A stretch of DNA of 64,000 nt from Chitinophagaceae bacterium (lineage in GTDB: Bacteria > Bacteroidota > Bacteroidia > Chitinophagales > Chitinophagaceae), in the NCBI GenBank assembly GCA_049242865.1, contig JBMLOR010000065.1, positions 7,686-71,685 of the forward strand. The letters run 5' to 3'. Positions 28,081-38,110 of this stretch are shown here, piece after piece. The notes beneath the pieces are model-generated. The model made no database searches and was not told the DNA's origin. It saw only the letters and a list, made by a program, of their open reading frames with translations. The translations under genes were made by a program, and so were the position numbers. Numbering within the stretch: position 1 is the stretch's first letter; every line of letters starts with the position of its first letter.

Positions 28081-29088
28081 ATGAAGAAATTAGTTTCTAT
28101 AATATTAATACCATTTTTGCTAGCAAGTTGCTACGATACTCCTATAGATAATTTTAACCTATATCCTGGATTAGAATTAAATGATGTTACATGGAGCAAC
28201 GATCCTATAGACTTATCCAAAACAAGTGCATTAATAAATAATTTAGTGCTAGATACAAAGTCGATACAATTTAACTCAAACAATGGTGCTACTTGGAATT
28301 TGAATGATAAAACACAAATCATTTTACCCCCAAACAGTTATTTAAATACAGCAGGAGCTACATTTAATGGACTTGTAATTGCTGATGTTGTTGTACTAAG
28401 TAAAAAAGGAGATTATGTACGAAACTTATTGCCAAGTATAACAGCTTCGTCTATTGTGGAATATGGAACTAATAGCTTTTTTATTAATTTAAGAAGCAAC
28501 ACTATTTCAGAAGTTAAGCTATCAACAGGCAATTTTATAACTATTAATTTTAAAGATACTGTTGCTCAATCTTCTCAAGTTTTAGCATTTTCAGAAACTA
28601 TTGTACCACTAAATAATAATAATCCTGTACAGTGGTTTGTAAATAACTCGAACCTAAATGGAAGCTTACAACTTAATTATAATTTACCACTTACAACTTT
28701 TGGTTCTAAAAAAGGGTTTGAACTTAAAACTAATAAAACAGGTTTAAATATTGCCACTGCAAAATCATATACTCCACCGTCAACAACTAGTAGGGTAGAT
28801 ATTGTAATGCCAGCAAATTTTACCAACAAAAACACTATTGTATTTGCCGTATTTGATAATAAAAATATTGTATTACGCCTTACTCCAGATCCAGTAAACA
28901 AAAGTTATTATTTTAAAGAAATGCCTGCTACTGAAACTGTAAATTTTGTTAGCGTATCATTGATTGATAATAAAATTTACTATGGTAGTAATAAGGTTAC
29001 TGTTACTCCAAATGGAGTTTTTAGGTTAAACCCCGATGTAAATCCTATTACATCAACTAAACTAAAAGCATATTTAGATTTATTATAA
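28081..29088 (+). CDS. Hypothetical lipoprotein
   Basis: 335 aa with lipobox LLASC. It is Asn/Thr-rich and beta-rich in composition. I recognise no motif. Confidence 0.5.
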   Translation: MKKLVSIILIPFLLASCYDTPIDNFNLYPGLELNDVTWSNDPIDLSKTSALINNLVLDTKSIQFNSNNGATWNLNDKTQIILPPNSYLNTAGATFNGLVIADVVVLSKKGDYVRNLLPSITASSIVEYGTNSFFINLRSNTISEVKLSTGNFITINFKDTVAQSSQVLAFSETIVPLNNNNPVQWFVNNSNLNGSLQLNYNLPLTTFGSKKGFELKTNKTGLNIATAKSYTPPSTTSRVDIVMPANFTNKNTIVFAVFDNKNIVLRLTPDPVNKSYYFKEMPATETVNFVSVSLIDNKIYYGSNKVTVTPNGVFRLNPDVNPITSTKLKAYLDLL

Positions 29089-29120
29089 GAAAAACCAAGT
29101 TTCAGTATCCTGTGATAAAC

Positions 29121-29534
29121 TTAGTTATTGTTTTCAACAACCATAGTTTTACTTAAGTAATCGTGCAAAGTACGCTCGTTTAATATTGGAAAAAAGAATA
29201 AATCAATCACCGTTAATCTAATAATTGAGCGAACAAAAATTTGCCAAACCTTTGGTTTTGTTCCATCACTCGAAACTACTTTGGTGTAGCTAGTAAACTT
29301 ACCTAAACTTCTTTTAAGTAAACTTTCTGTAATAAAATAGTAGCTAAACAAAACTATTGCAAACAACTCTCCAAAGCTAAATAACATTTTTCTTTGCCAA
29401 GTAATGGCATATTGAGTAAGAGCTTTATTTATAAAGTAAGCTATTGTAAAAACAATAATCGTATCTACTAAAAAATTTAAGGTTCTTGTACCTACGCCAA
29501 CTGGTTGTAAGTTTTTCATACTTTTATTATGCAA
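29121..29534 (-). CDS. RDD-family membrane protein
   Basis: 137 aa. It has an [12 protein letters not shown] motif (R..x..D) and three hydrophobic segments. The start overlaps the gcvT stop by 8 nt, and an alternative ATG is at 29519. Confidence 0.55.
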   Translation of the reverse strand: MHNKSMKNLQPVGVGTRTLNFLVDTIIVFTIAYFINKALTQYAITWQRKMLFSFGELFAIVLFSYYFITESLLKRSLGKFTSYTKVVSSDGTKPKVWQIFVRSIIRLTVIDLFFFPILNERTLHDYLSKTMVVENNN

Positions 29535-30621
29535 ATGGAATTTTTACTACTTTGGCTTTTATAGCATTATTTCTTATATCAATAAAAACTTCTGAATCTA
29601 AGGCTGCATGGTCAATGTTTATATAACCCAAACCTATAGCTTTTCCTAAGCTTGGGCTTTGAGTTCCACTACGTACCGTACCAATTGAATTTCCTTGAGC
29701 ATCTTTTATAACATAGCCATTTCTAGGAATGCCTCTTTCAATCATTTCAAATCCAACTAATTTTTTGGTAATTCCTTGCTGTTTTTGGTTTTCTAATATT
29801 GCTTTAGCAGTAAACTCTTTTGTAAACTTTGTTATCCAACCTAAACCAGCCTCAAGTGGTGTAGTTGTGTCATCAATATCATTACCATATAGGCAATAGC
29901 CCATTTCTAATCTTAATGTATCTCTTGCAGCCAATCCTATTGGTTTTAAATTACTTTGTTCGCCTGCTTTAAAAATAGCATCCCAAATTTTGTTGGCATT
30001 GTCGTTTTCATCTCTAAAATAAATTTCAACACCACCTGCACCAGTGTAACCTGTAGCACTAACTATAACATTTTCAATACCAGCAAAAATGGTTCTTATA
30101 AAAGTGTAATACTTTAAATTCATGATATCATCATTGCAAAGAGGCTGCAAAATTTTTGTAGCGTTTGGGCCTTGAATTGCAAGTAAGCAAGTTTTGTCAC
30201 TTATATTATGTATTTCAACATTGTTGGTGTTATGTTTGTTAACCCAAGCCCAATCTTTGTCAATATTGCTAGCGTTTACAACTAGCATATATACTTTATT
30301 TTCCTCTATGCAATACACAATTAAATCGTCAATTATTCCACCATTGTCGTTTGTAAAACAGCTGTATTGAGCCTTGCCTTCTGTAAGTTTACTAGCATCG
30401 TTACTTGTAATTCGCTGAATTAATTCTAAAGCTCCGCTTCCTTTTAAAATAAATTCACCCATATGGCTCACATCAAAAACACCTGCATTTTGGCGAACTG
30501 CAAAATGCTCTTCATTGATACTTGAATAACTTATAGGCATATTATAACCAGCAAAAGGAGCCATTTTTGCACCAAGTGCTATATGCTTATGTGTAAATGG
30601 AGTGTTTTTAATTAATGACAT
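29527..30621 (-). CDS. gcvT: Glycine cleavage system aminomethyltransferase (T protein)
   Basis: 364 aa. Recognisable motifs are [38 protein letters not shown] and [18 protein letters not shown]. Confidence 0.93.
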   Translation of the reverse strand: MSLIKNTPFTHKHIALGAKMAPFAGYNMPISYSSINEEHFAVRQNAGVFDVSHMGEFILKGSGALELIQRITSNDASKLTEGKAQYSCFTNDNGGIIDDLIVYCIEENKVYMLVVNASNIDKDWAWVNKHNTNNVEIHNISDKTCLLAIQGPNATKILQPLCNDDIMNLKYYTFIRTIFAGIENVIVSATGYTGAGGVEIYFRDENDNANKIWDAIFKAGEQSNLKPIGLAARDTLRLEMGYCLYGNDIDDTTTPLEAGLGWITKFTKEFTAKAILENQKQQGITKKLVGFEMIERGIPRNGYVIKDAQGNSIGTVRSGTQSPSLGKAIGLGYINIDHAALDSEVFIDIRNNAIKAKVVKIPFA

Positions 30622-30699
30622 ATTGATCGTTTTTTATGTGTGCAAAGAAACAAGGTTTTATAATGTTGTAATATTTATTTAAGGAAATGATATAGGGTT

Positions 30700-31413
30700 T
30701 TACATACTCTGAATTAAAAATATGCTTGGTTGTTTGTGAATATTAAGTGTTTCTTTTTTCCAATCGTTAATAGATTTTGTAATGATACTTTCGTTATCGT
30801 TTGTAATATTCACAGCAATGCAAAGCAGCGTATTGCCTTTGCAAGTTTGCAATAAATCTTGTACTAACGCATGGTTTCTGTAGGGTGTTTCAATAAAAAT
30901 CTGAGTACTATTTTTTTGTTGGTTTGAGGCTAGTTCAAGTTGTTTTATCTTGTTTTTTCTTTCCATACTATCAATAGGTAAATAACCATGAAATGAAAAT
31001 GATTGGCCATTTAAGCCACTAGCCATTAAGGCTAAAAATATAGAACTTGGGCCTACAATAGGAACAATTGTTGCACCAATTTGTTGTGCTACGTTAACTA
31101 AAATTTGTCCAGGATCAGCAATGCCAGGGCAACCTGCCTCACTTACTATTCCAATATTCTTACCTTCTAATAAAATTTCTTTAAATCTTTGCTGCACTTG
31201 AGTTTCTGCAAAATGAATGCTATGCCACTCGTGTGCATCAATAACCATTTCTTTATGAATACTCTTAAAAAATCTGCGAGTTGTTTTTTCAACTTCAACA
31301 AAAAAAGCGTCACATTTTTTAATGGCATCAATAGTATAGGGCAATATTGTATGTAAAGCATTTGGGGCTAGTGGACAAGGAATTAAAAATACCCGACCTA
31401 TATTATTTTTCAT
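30700..31413 (-). CDS. SAM-dependent methyltransferase of the tetrapyrrole-methylase (RsmI-like) fold
   Basis: Track ORF is 30700..31479. I start it at ATG 31413 (MKNNIGRVFLIPCPL...). SEAGCPGIADPG and GPSSIFLALMASGLNGQSF motifs are present. Confidence 0.65.
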   Translation of the reverse strand: MKNNIGRVFLIPCPLAPNALHTILPYTIDAIKKCDAFFVEVEKTTRRFFKSIHKEMVIDAHEWHSIHFAETQVQQRFKEILLEGKNIGIVSEAGCPGIADPGQILVNVAQQIGATIVPIVGPSSIFLALMASGLNGQSFSFHGYLPIDSMERKNKIKQLELASNQQKNSTQIFIETPYRNHALVQDLLQTCKGNTLLCIAVNITNDNESIITKSINDWKKETLNIHKQPSIFLIQSM

Positions 31414-31537
31414 ATTGCGAAAATAAAAAATGTACCCTAATAAGCAGTTTTTATTAAAACACCTATATTTGTGTTGCAACGCTACACTTTAAGTGTGGCG
31501 TTGTATTTTTTTATATCAACGTAAAACGATTTTTGTT

Positions 31538-32005
31538 ATGAGTGAATATGTAACTAAAGAAACTTTTGAAAAGATGCGTGAAGAGCTGCACAAAATGAAA
31601 ACTATTGATAGGCCTGCAGCATCTAAAGCAATAGCAGAAGCAAGAGAAAAAGGCGACCTTAGAGAAAATGCAGAATACGATAGTGCCAAAGAAGCACAAG
31701 GCATGTTGGAAGCTAAAATTAAACATCTAGAAGGTGTAATTGCTACTGCAAAAATTGTTGACCCAAATAGTATAGACACTAGTAAAGTTAGCATTCTTAC
31801 AAAAGCAACTATAACCAATATGGCAACCAAAAAAACATTAACTTATCAAATAGTTGGTGAAAAAGAAGCCGATTTAAAAGCAGGAAAAATTTCTGCATCA
31901 TCGCCTATTGGCAAGGGATTGCTTGGTAAAGTAAAAGGTGAAATTGCAGAAGTGCAAGCACCTACAGGTATCTTAAAATTTAAGATTGAAAGTATTAGTA
32001 TTTAA
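31538..32005 (+). CDS. greA: Transcription elongation factor GreA
   Basis: The track ORF starts at GTG 31493. I use ATG 31538 (MSEYVTKETFEKMREELHKMK...). AEAREKGDLRENAEYDSAKEAQ is the coiled-coil acidic tip, and the C-terminal domain has ISASSPIGKGLLGK. Confidence 0.93.
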   Translation: MSEYVTKETFEKMREELHKMKTIDRPAASKAIAEAREKGDLRENAEYDSAKEAQGMLEAKIKHLEGVIATAKIVDPNSIDTSKVSILTKATITNMATKKTLTYQIVGEKEADLKAGKISASSPIGKGLLGKVKGEIAEVQAPTGILKFKIESISI

Positions 32006-32018
32006 GAAATTATTACCC

Positions 32019-32062
32019 AACCTCTAAAGTTTTAGTTTTTTAAAACTTTAGAGGTTTTTTAT
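32019..32062 (+). terminator. Rho-independent terminator after greA
   Basis: A 16-bp perfect stem forms between AACCTCTAAAGTTTTA (32019-34) and TAAAACTTTAGAGGTT (32041-56). The loop is 6 nt and a T run follows. Confidence 0.85.
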
Positions 32063-32076
32063 TTAAAGCCAACACC

Positions 32077-32466
32077 ATGACTATTTTTTCTAAAATAATT
32101 GCACGCCAAATTCCTTGTTATTTGATTGCTGAAAATAACAATTTCATTGCTTTTTTAGATGTTTTTCCCTTGCAAAAAGGTCATGTTTTAGTAGTCCCAA
32201 AAATTGAAATTGATAAGGTTTTTGATTTGCCTGTCAACTATTTAGCAGAAATGCTAGTTTTTGCACAGCCTATTGCTAAAGCTATTGAAAAAAGCTTTGA
32301 TTGTAATAGGGTAAGCATGCTTACAGTTGGATTAGAAGTGCCACACGCACACTTACATTTAATACCTATAAATGGAATTGTGGATATAGATTTTAGCCAA
32401 AAAAAATTGCAACTATCTAAAGATGAGTTTATGGCTATTCAAAATATGATAATTAATAATTTATAA
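32077..32466 (+). CDS. HIT-family nucleotide hydrolase/transferase
   Basis: 129 aa with the histidine triad VPHAHLHLIP. Confidence 0.85.
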   Translation: MTIFSKIIARQIPCYLIAENNNFIAFLDVFPLQKGHVLVVPKIEIDKVFDLPVNYLAEMLVFAQPIAKAIEKSFDCNRVSMLTVGLEVPHAHLHLIPINGIVDIDFSQKKLQLSKDEFMAIQNMIINNL

Positions 32467-32472
32467 AATAGT

Positions 32473-35190
32473 TTATTGACTTGTAGTATCCTTTACCACT
32501 TGTTGTTTCTTTTTAAATGGATTAAACTTATCTAACAATCCTTTGCCTTTTTGCTCTAATTGTTTTTTGGTATCATCTATCGCATTTCCACTTTTTTGTG
32601 TAGTATCAGAATTGCCTATTACTTGTTTAATTAATGCATCTTTAGCATTTTTTATAATTAAATTTTTGCTAGCTTTTACAGTATCGGCTAATGCCTTTTT
32701 AGCACTATCGGCCTGTGCTTTAACTACATCAACTTTGGTTTGTACAAATGATTGAACTTGATTTTTGAGGTCGTTTGCTAAACTGCTTCCCGTTTGTTTT
32801 AGGTTAGTAGTCACAGTTGGGTTTTTAATGCTGCCGCCCATTTTTACTTGTACAGGAATTAGTTCAGCCAATGTAATACTTGCACCTGCAACCTTTGCTT
32901 TGTTTTGTAAATCATTAATTAATGTATTGCCTTTGTCGCTAATCATTGCCCTAGGAATGTTCATATTAATAGTATAATCCATATCTTGGTTTAAGCCATG
33001 TAAGCCACCAATTTCCATATCGATTCCTTTTACTTTTACTTTAAAGGGTTTAACTAATACTTTACCATTACTAAATTCAATAAAAGCTTTAATATTTTTT
33101 GCACTAACATTTTTTAGTTCGTTAACTTTTAAAGTGTTGGCTAATTTTTCTAAGGGGGCGAATGATGTAAGAACACCATCAAGCATTAATAAATTTCCAA
33201 TTCCAGATAAGCTAGTAAGTTGTGGCATTAAATCGTTTCCTAAAATACCACTCATATTAAATTGTGAATTAAGTTTTCCGTTTAAAAATTTGCCAATTGG
33301 CATTATTTTTTCAATGGTATTTAGGGCTGTAAATGCTTGCTGAATATCTACATTATTAATAGTATAATTAAAGTTTATTGCAGGCTGTTGTTTATTATCT
33401 TTTGTAGAGTAAGTTCCCGAAGCAGTTATTGTTCCATTCATACTGTTGCCTTTAAGATTTGTAACATTTACTGTTTCATTTGCCAATAATAAAGAGCCGG
33501 TTGCATTACTTATTTTTAATTTATCGTAATCAATATTTTCGGCATTTGCATTGATAATGAAATTGATATTTTTTGGAATTACAAATGCTTGTAAAGGTTG
33601 GCTTGAAACAGTAGATGTGGTATTTGTTTTACCCATCCAATTATTTACATTAATATTATCTGCACTTACATTTAATACGCCATTAACTACGCCATTAGCA
33701 AAAGCATAATCTAAAAAATTAGTTACATAGCCGTTACCTTTAAAACTGCTTTGTTTAAGTTGAGCATCAATATTATTTAATAAAAATTGTTTAGGCGTAA
33801 GCGATACGTTTAGGTTATTTACAAATACTCCATCAGGTAAATCGTTACTTTTATATTGTAGTTGTTGAACATCTATATTGCCTTGAGCTTTTAGGTTTTC
33901 ATATTGTTTATTAATCATTGCTTTAGCAAAGCCTTGAATGCTAGCATTTGCAGCTACAATACCTTGCATAATAGTACCTTTTTGTAGTGGAATGTATTGC
34001 TGAACTTTTGCTAAATTTAGTTTGCCATTCGCTGTTGCATTGATAAATAAATTTGTAATTGGGTGTTGCACATTTAAAGTAAAATCAAAGGGGTCTTTTT
34101 CTATTTCAATGTGGCCTTTTTTTATATCAATCACAACATCATCATTATTGCCTGTTTCGTTTTTTATATGTGCATCAATATTTATATTTTCAACAGCTGT
34201 TGGTAATGAAGGGTATTTAAAATATCCATCTTTTGCAACAATGTTTACACTGTATGCAGGTAAGTTATTTTGGTTATAAATGCCTTTAACAAATCCATCA
34301 AATTGTGCTGTGCCTTTGGTTTGAATATCTTTAAAATTATTTTGATAGATAGTTGGGATAAATGACAATAAAGTTTTAAAACTATTAGATACTGTATTAA
34401 AACTTATATCCATTTTGTAAGCATCTTGCGGTAGTATTTGAAAGTTACCTTTTGTATTTAATTGTAAATCATTCACCCAGATATCTTTAGAGTCAAAGGC
34501 GTAAATTTTACTTTTATTATTTACATCAATGGTAGCATCTAGTTTAATAGTTGCGTTGTTTAAATACTTAATTCCGCCATAACTAACATCAACTTTTTCA
34601 GCAGATGTTGCAGTATTTAATGCAAAAATGTCGTTAGTGAAATTTCCTTTACCTATGTGATTTAAATTATTAATTACAGCAGTTGTATTATTTAAATCAT
34701 TGACATAAGAAATATTAGTATTGTTGATTTCGTACTTATCTAGTTTAAGATTTAATGCGTTACTCAAAGTATCTTTTGATGCAGCTTCAGTAGTTTGAAC
34801 AATATCCCAATTGGCTTTGCCATTATTTAAAACATGGGCTTTGATATTTGCATTTTGAATAGATACTTTATAAATTTCAATATCTTTTTGTTTTATTACG
34901 CTCATTAAGTTTACGGCTACATTAATTTCTTTTGCTGCAATTAATGTATCGTTTGCAAATTCATTTTTGCCAACTATAGAAACATTTTCTATGCCAACAG
35001 AAAGTTTTGGAAAGCTTTTAAACAATGAAATATTTACATCACTAAAATTAGTTGTAGCATTGAGTTTGTTGTTCAGCTGCTGTTTTACTACTGTGAGAAT
35101 TTTTCCTTTAAAAAATATGGGAGCTGCAAAAGCTGTAATAGTTAGTGCTAATAAAGTAAACCCTAGATATTTAAAAATTTTCTTTGCCAT
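32473..35190 (-). CDS. AsmA-family outer-membrane biogenesis protein
   Basis: 905 aa. An N-terminal anchor (LGFTLLALTITAFAAPIFF) is followed by a very long Asn/Lys-rich beta-rich body. Size and architecture fit AsmA/TamB-like proteins. Confidence 0.6.
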   Translation of the reverse strand: MAKKIFKYLGFTLLALTITAFAAPIFFKGKILTVVKQQLNNKLNATTNFSDVNISLFKSFPKLSVGIENVSIVGKNEFANDTLIAAKEINVAVNLMSVIKQKDIEIYKVSIQNANIKAHVLNNGKANWDIVQTTEAASKDTLSNALNLKLDKYEINNTNISYVNDLNNTTAVINNLNHIGKGNFTNDIFALNTATSAEKVDVSYGGIKYLNNATIKLDATIDVNNKSKIYAFDSKDIWVNDLQLNTKGNFQILPQDAYKMDISFNTVSNSFKTLLSFIPTIYQNNFKDIQTKGTAQFDGFVKGIYNQNNLPAYSVNIVAKDGYFKYPSLPTAVENINIDAHIKNETGNNDDVVIDIKKGHIEIEKDPFDFTLNVQHPITNLFINATANGKLNLAKVQQYIPLQKGTIMQGIVAANASIQGFAKAMINKQYENLKAQGNIDVQQLQYKSNDLPDGVFVNNLNVSLTPKQFLLNNIDAQLKQSSFKGNGYVTNFLDYAFANGVVNGVLNVSADNINVNNWMGKTNTTSTVSSQPLQAFVIPKNINFIINANAENIDYDKLKISNATGSLLLANETVNVTNLKGNSMNGTITASGTYSTKDNKQQPAINFNYTINNVDIQQAFTALNTIEKIMPIGKFLNGKLNSQFNMSGILGNDLMPQLTSLSGIGNLLMLDGVLTSFAPLEKLANTLKVNELKNVSAKNIKAFIEFSNGKVLVKPFKVKVKGIDMEIGGLHGLNQDMDYTINMNIPRAMISDKGNTLINDLQNKAKVAGASITLAELIPVQVKMGGSIKNPTVTTNLKQTGSSLANDLKNQVQSFVQTKVDVVKAQADSAKKALADTVKASKNLIIKNAKDALIKQVIGNSDTTQKSGNAIDDTKKQLEQKGKGLLDKFNPFKKKQQVVKDTTSQ

Positions 35191-35224
35191 AGCACAAAAA
35201 TAATTGTTATGCTATGGCAAAGAA
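35180..35224 (-). terminator. asd terminator hairpin that contains the AsmA-like start codon
   Basis: A 15-bp perfect stem forms between TTCTTTGCCATAGCA (35180-94) and TGCTATGGCAAAGAA (35210-24), with a 15-nt loop. It lies 8 bp after the asd stop. On the minus strand AATTTTTAAA follows. The ATG at 35190..35188 lies in the distal arm. Confidence 0.6.
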
Positions 35225-35232
35225 GTTAAAAT

Positions 35233-36222
35233 TTATATTAAACCATTTTGTACTAAATATTCTGCTATTTGTACTGCGTTAGTTGCAGCACCTTTGCGTA
35301 AATTGTCGCTAACAATCCACATGTTTAATGTATTTGGTTGAGTTTCATCTCTACGAATTCTGCCAACAAAAACTGCATCTTTATTGTGTGCATTCATGGG
35401 CATAGGATAAATAGCGTTTGCAATATCATCTTCAAGTACAATACCAGGTGATTTTGCTAATATATTTTTTACATCTTCAACTTCAAAATCATTTAAAAAC
35501 TCTATGTTCACACTTTCACTGTGACCACCCATTACAGGAATACGTACAGTAGTTGCAGTAACTTTAATGCTATCGTCGCCCATTATTTTACAGGTTTCTT
35601 TCACCATTTTCATTTCTTCTTTGGTGTATCCATTGTCTGTAAAAACATCTATTTGAGGAATAACATTTAAGTCGATTTTATATTTATAGGCCATTTCACC
35701 ATCTACATTATTTCTTTCGTTCATCAATTGATCTACAGCTTTTTTACCAGTTCCAGTAACACTTTGATAAGTACTTACAACAACTCTTTTTATTTTATAA
35801 GCATCATGCAATGGTTTAAGAGCTACTACCATTTGTATAGTACTACAGTTTGGATTAGCAATAATGAAATCATCTTTAGTAAGTGCATTAGCATTCACTT
35901 CGGGCACTACTAATTTTTTTGTAGCATCCATTCTCCAGGCAGATGAGTTATCAATAACTTTAATACCAGCTGCTGCAAATTTTGGTGCCCACTCTAACGA
36001 TGTAGAACCTCCTGCTGAAAAAATGGCAATTGCAGGTTTTGCATCTATAGCTTGTTGCATGCCAATAATTGTTAATGGGTTGCCCTTATAAAAAACGGTT
36101 TTTCCAATACTTTTTTCACTTGCTACAGCTAAAATTTCTGTTGCATTAAAATTTCTTTCGGCTAATACTTCTAACATTTTGGTGCCAACTAAACCTGTTG
36201 CTCCTACAACTGCTACTTTCAT
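35233..36222 (-). CDS. asd: Aspartate-semialdehyde dehydrogenase
   Basis: 329 aa. It has MKVAVVGATGLVG, the active site NPNCSTIQM, and GGHSESV. Confidence 0.93.
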   Translation of the reverse strand: MKVAVVGATGLVGTKMLEVLAERNFNATEILAVASEKSIGKTVFYKGNPLTIIGMQQAIDAKPAIAIFSAGGSTSLEWAPKFAAAGIKVIDNSSAWRMDATKKLVVPEVNANALTKDDFIIANPNCSTIQMVVALKPLHDAYKIKRVVVSTYQSVTGTGKKAVDQLMNERNNVDGEMAYKYKIDLNVIPQIDVFTDNGYTKEEMKMVKETCKIMGDDSIKVTATTVRIPVMGGHSESVNIEFLNDFEVEDVKNILAKSPGIVLEDDIANAIYPMPMNAHNKDAVFVGRIRRDETQPNTLNMWIVSDNLRKGAATNAVQIAEYLVQNGLI

Positions 36223-36285
36223 TGATATTTTTTTTAGTTTGTGATTGCTTCAAAAGTAAGGTTTGAAAAAATATAATACTTCAAA

Positions 36286-36316
36286 CTTGGTAAAATGATT
36301 TAAAATTCTATTTTTG
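36286..36316 (+). promoter_or_regulatory. Candidate Bacteroidota-type promoter for the tRNA gene
   Basis: TTG at 36287-89 and TATTTTTG (TAnnTTTG) at 36309-16 are 19 bp apart. The box ends about 30 bp before the tRNA 5' end. Confidence 0.4.
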
Positions 36317-36346
36317 CAGTCCGAAAAAATCGTTTAAAAACGATTA

Positions 36347-36420
36347 GGACCTATAGCTCAGTTGGTTAGAGCATCTGACTCATAATCAGAGGGTCCCAGG
36401 TTCAAGTCCTGGTGGGTCCA
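36347..36420 (+). tRNA. tRNA with CAU anticodon (elongator tRNA-Met, or tRNA-Ile2 if lysidine-modified)
   Basis: 74 nt. I folded the cloverleaf by hand. The acceptor stem is GGACCTA/TGGGTCC (one G-U), the D-arm is AGCTCAGTTGGTTAGAGC, the anticodon arm is CTGACTCATAATCAG, and the T-arm is CCAGGTTCAAGTCCTGG. CCA is not encoded. Confidence 0.9.
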
Positions 36421-36421
36421 C

Positions 36422-36448
36422 AAAGCAGAGATTTTCTCTGCTTTTTTT
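36422..36448 (+). terminator. Rho-independent terminator after the tRNA
   Basis: AAAGCAGAG pairs with CTCTGCTTT around a 5-nt loop. A T run extends to 36448. Confidence 0.75.
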
Positions 36449-36646
36449 GTTTTAATTTCTACATAATTGATATTGACTTATGTGTTATATCATACATGGC
36501 TAAATAAATTCTTTATCGTAATATTGAACAAGCAATAGATATTTTAAATTGTAGATTAAGACCATTACTATTGTAGCAAGCATCATTAAATTTATTTGAT
36601 AAAATATGCTGCTGATTAATTTAATTAAAAACAAGTACTTTTTTTT

Positions 36647-37819
36647 ATGCCTAAATCATTTGCATTTTTACTAAATCAATTCATTTTTTTTATTTTGATT
36701 TTCATAAGTAAGATTGGTGTAGCACAATCATTTGAAAATGAGTTTAAGCCAGGATCAATATGGCTTGATAACAATGGCATACCAATTAATGCACATGGTG
36801 GAGGTATTCTTTATCATAAAAATATTTACTATTGGTTTGGAGAGCATAAAATTGAAGGTGTAAATGGTGCGAAGGCAATGGTGGGCGTTCATGTTTATAG
36901 TTCAAAAAATTTGTATAATTGGAAAGATGAAGGTATTGCATTAGCTGTAACAGAAGACACAAATTCTATTTTGCAAAAAGGCTGTATAATTGAAAGACCA
37001 AAGGTTATTTACAATAAAAAAACAAAAAAGTTTGTGATGTGGTTTCATCACGAATTAAAAAATCAAGGTTATAAGGCTGCCTTAACAGGAGTTGCAGTAT
37101 CTGATAGAGTTACAGGTCCATTTAAATACATCAATAGCTTTAGAATACATCCTAAAGTATGGGCAAAAAATTTTACAAAAAGCCAGCAAGATTCAGTGTA
37201 CAACAGAATCAATAAAGGTGAGAAAAATTTGAAACAACAAGATGTGGATGGTGCTATTATGGTTAGAGATTTTGAGAATGGTCAAATGTCTAGAGATATG
37301 ACATTGTTTGTAGACGATGATCAAACTGCATATCACATTACTGCATCCGAAGAAAATCAAACGCTATTAATTTCAAAACTTTCTGATGATTATTTGTCAT
37401 TAACAACAGATTATGTTAGGGTTTTTCCTGGCAAAAAAAATGAAGCACCAGCGATTTTTAAAAAAGACGGTACCTACTTTATGTTTTCATCATACACAAC
37501 AGGTTGGAGGCCAAACCCAGGCAGGTTGTCAAAATCAAACAACATGATGGAAGGATGGGTTGCTTTAGAAAATCCTTGCAAAGGAACTGAAGAAGAAATG
37601 AAAACTACTTTTCAATCACAAAGCACATTTGTAATTCCATTGAAAGGAAAAAAAGATGGATTTATTTATTTAGGCGATAGATGGAACGAAAAAAATTTAG
37701 GTGATAGTCGTTATGTTTGGTTACCCATACAATTTGAAAATGGCATTCCATTTATTGAGTGGCTGTCAAGTTGGAATTTAAGTTTCTTTGATGTTAAAAA
37801 GAGCCAAACAGAAAAATAG
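36647..37819 (+). CDS. Secreted glycoside hydrolase, family 43-like (exo-beta-1,3-galactanase-like subgroup)
   Basis: 390 aa with an N-terminal signal/anchor. NNGIPINAHGGGILYHKNIYYWFGE, IIERPKVIYN and NEAPAIFKKDGTYFMF resemble five-bladed-propeller GH43 motifs as I remember them. Confidence 0.55.
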   Translation: MPKSFAFLLNQFIFFILIFISKIGVAQSFENEFKPGSIWLDNNGIPINAHGGGILYHKNIYYWFGEHKIEGVNGAKAMVGVHVYSSKNLYNWKDEGIALAVTEDTNSILQKGCIIERPKVIYNKKTKKFVMWFHHELKNQGYKAALTGVAVSDRVTGPFKYINSFRIHPKVWAKNFTKSQQDSVYNRINKGEKNLKQQDVDGAIMVRDFENGQMSRDMTLFVDDDQTAYHITASEENQTLLISKLSDDYLSLTTDYVRVFPGKKNEAPAIFKKDGTYFMFSSYTTGWRPNPGRLSKSNNMMEGWVALENPCKGTEEEMKTTFQSQSTFVIPLKGKKDGFIYLGDRWNEKNLGDSRYVWLPIQFENGIPFIEWLSSWNLSFFDVKKSQTEK

Positions 37820-38110
37820 ATAGGTTATTTTTATTTGCTATCTTAATCTCACTATATTCTTAAAACCACTCATATTATTTAAAAAACAAAGTATAAATTT
37901 TTTGTACTTTCTTAAAGTAGAACTAATTGCTTATTAGGGTAATTTTTATTGCTATTGTTGTGTTTATATTATTCATAATTGATTTACAAAAGATATAATT
38001 TTTGTTTTTGCATTCATTAAATTTAGTCAAGTACAAAATTTTTTTTATGCATCATTAAACTTTAAAGTAAGTTAATCATCTACTACTTAAACAATTAAAA
38101 AATAAAAATT

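Noticed and set aside
29527-29534. 8-nt overlap of the gcvT stop and the RDD-family start
   Set aside because: It is an ordinary operon-style overlap. An alternative in-frame ATG at 29519 removes it. It is not indicative of frameshifting.
30622-30699. Possible glycine riboswitch upstream of gcvT
   Set aside because: Only 78 bp separate gcvT from the preceding gene. I see none of the conserved GGAGAG...CACCG-type aptamer cores, so the region is too short and too AT-rich for a tandem or single glycine aptamer.
31516-31830. 104-aa and 71-aa minus-strand ORFs overlapping greA
   Set aside because: They are antisense to greA, whose translation is unmistakable. They are Ser/Leu/Ala-rich with no motif.
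36328-36345. Hairpin AATCGTT-TAAA-AACGATT immediately before the tRNA
   Set aside because: It is a 7-bp AT-rich stem lying between the putative promoter and the tRNA 5' end. It is most simply part of the precursor leader removed by RNase P, and nothing supports a separate function.
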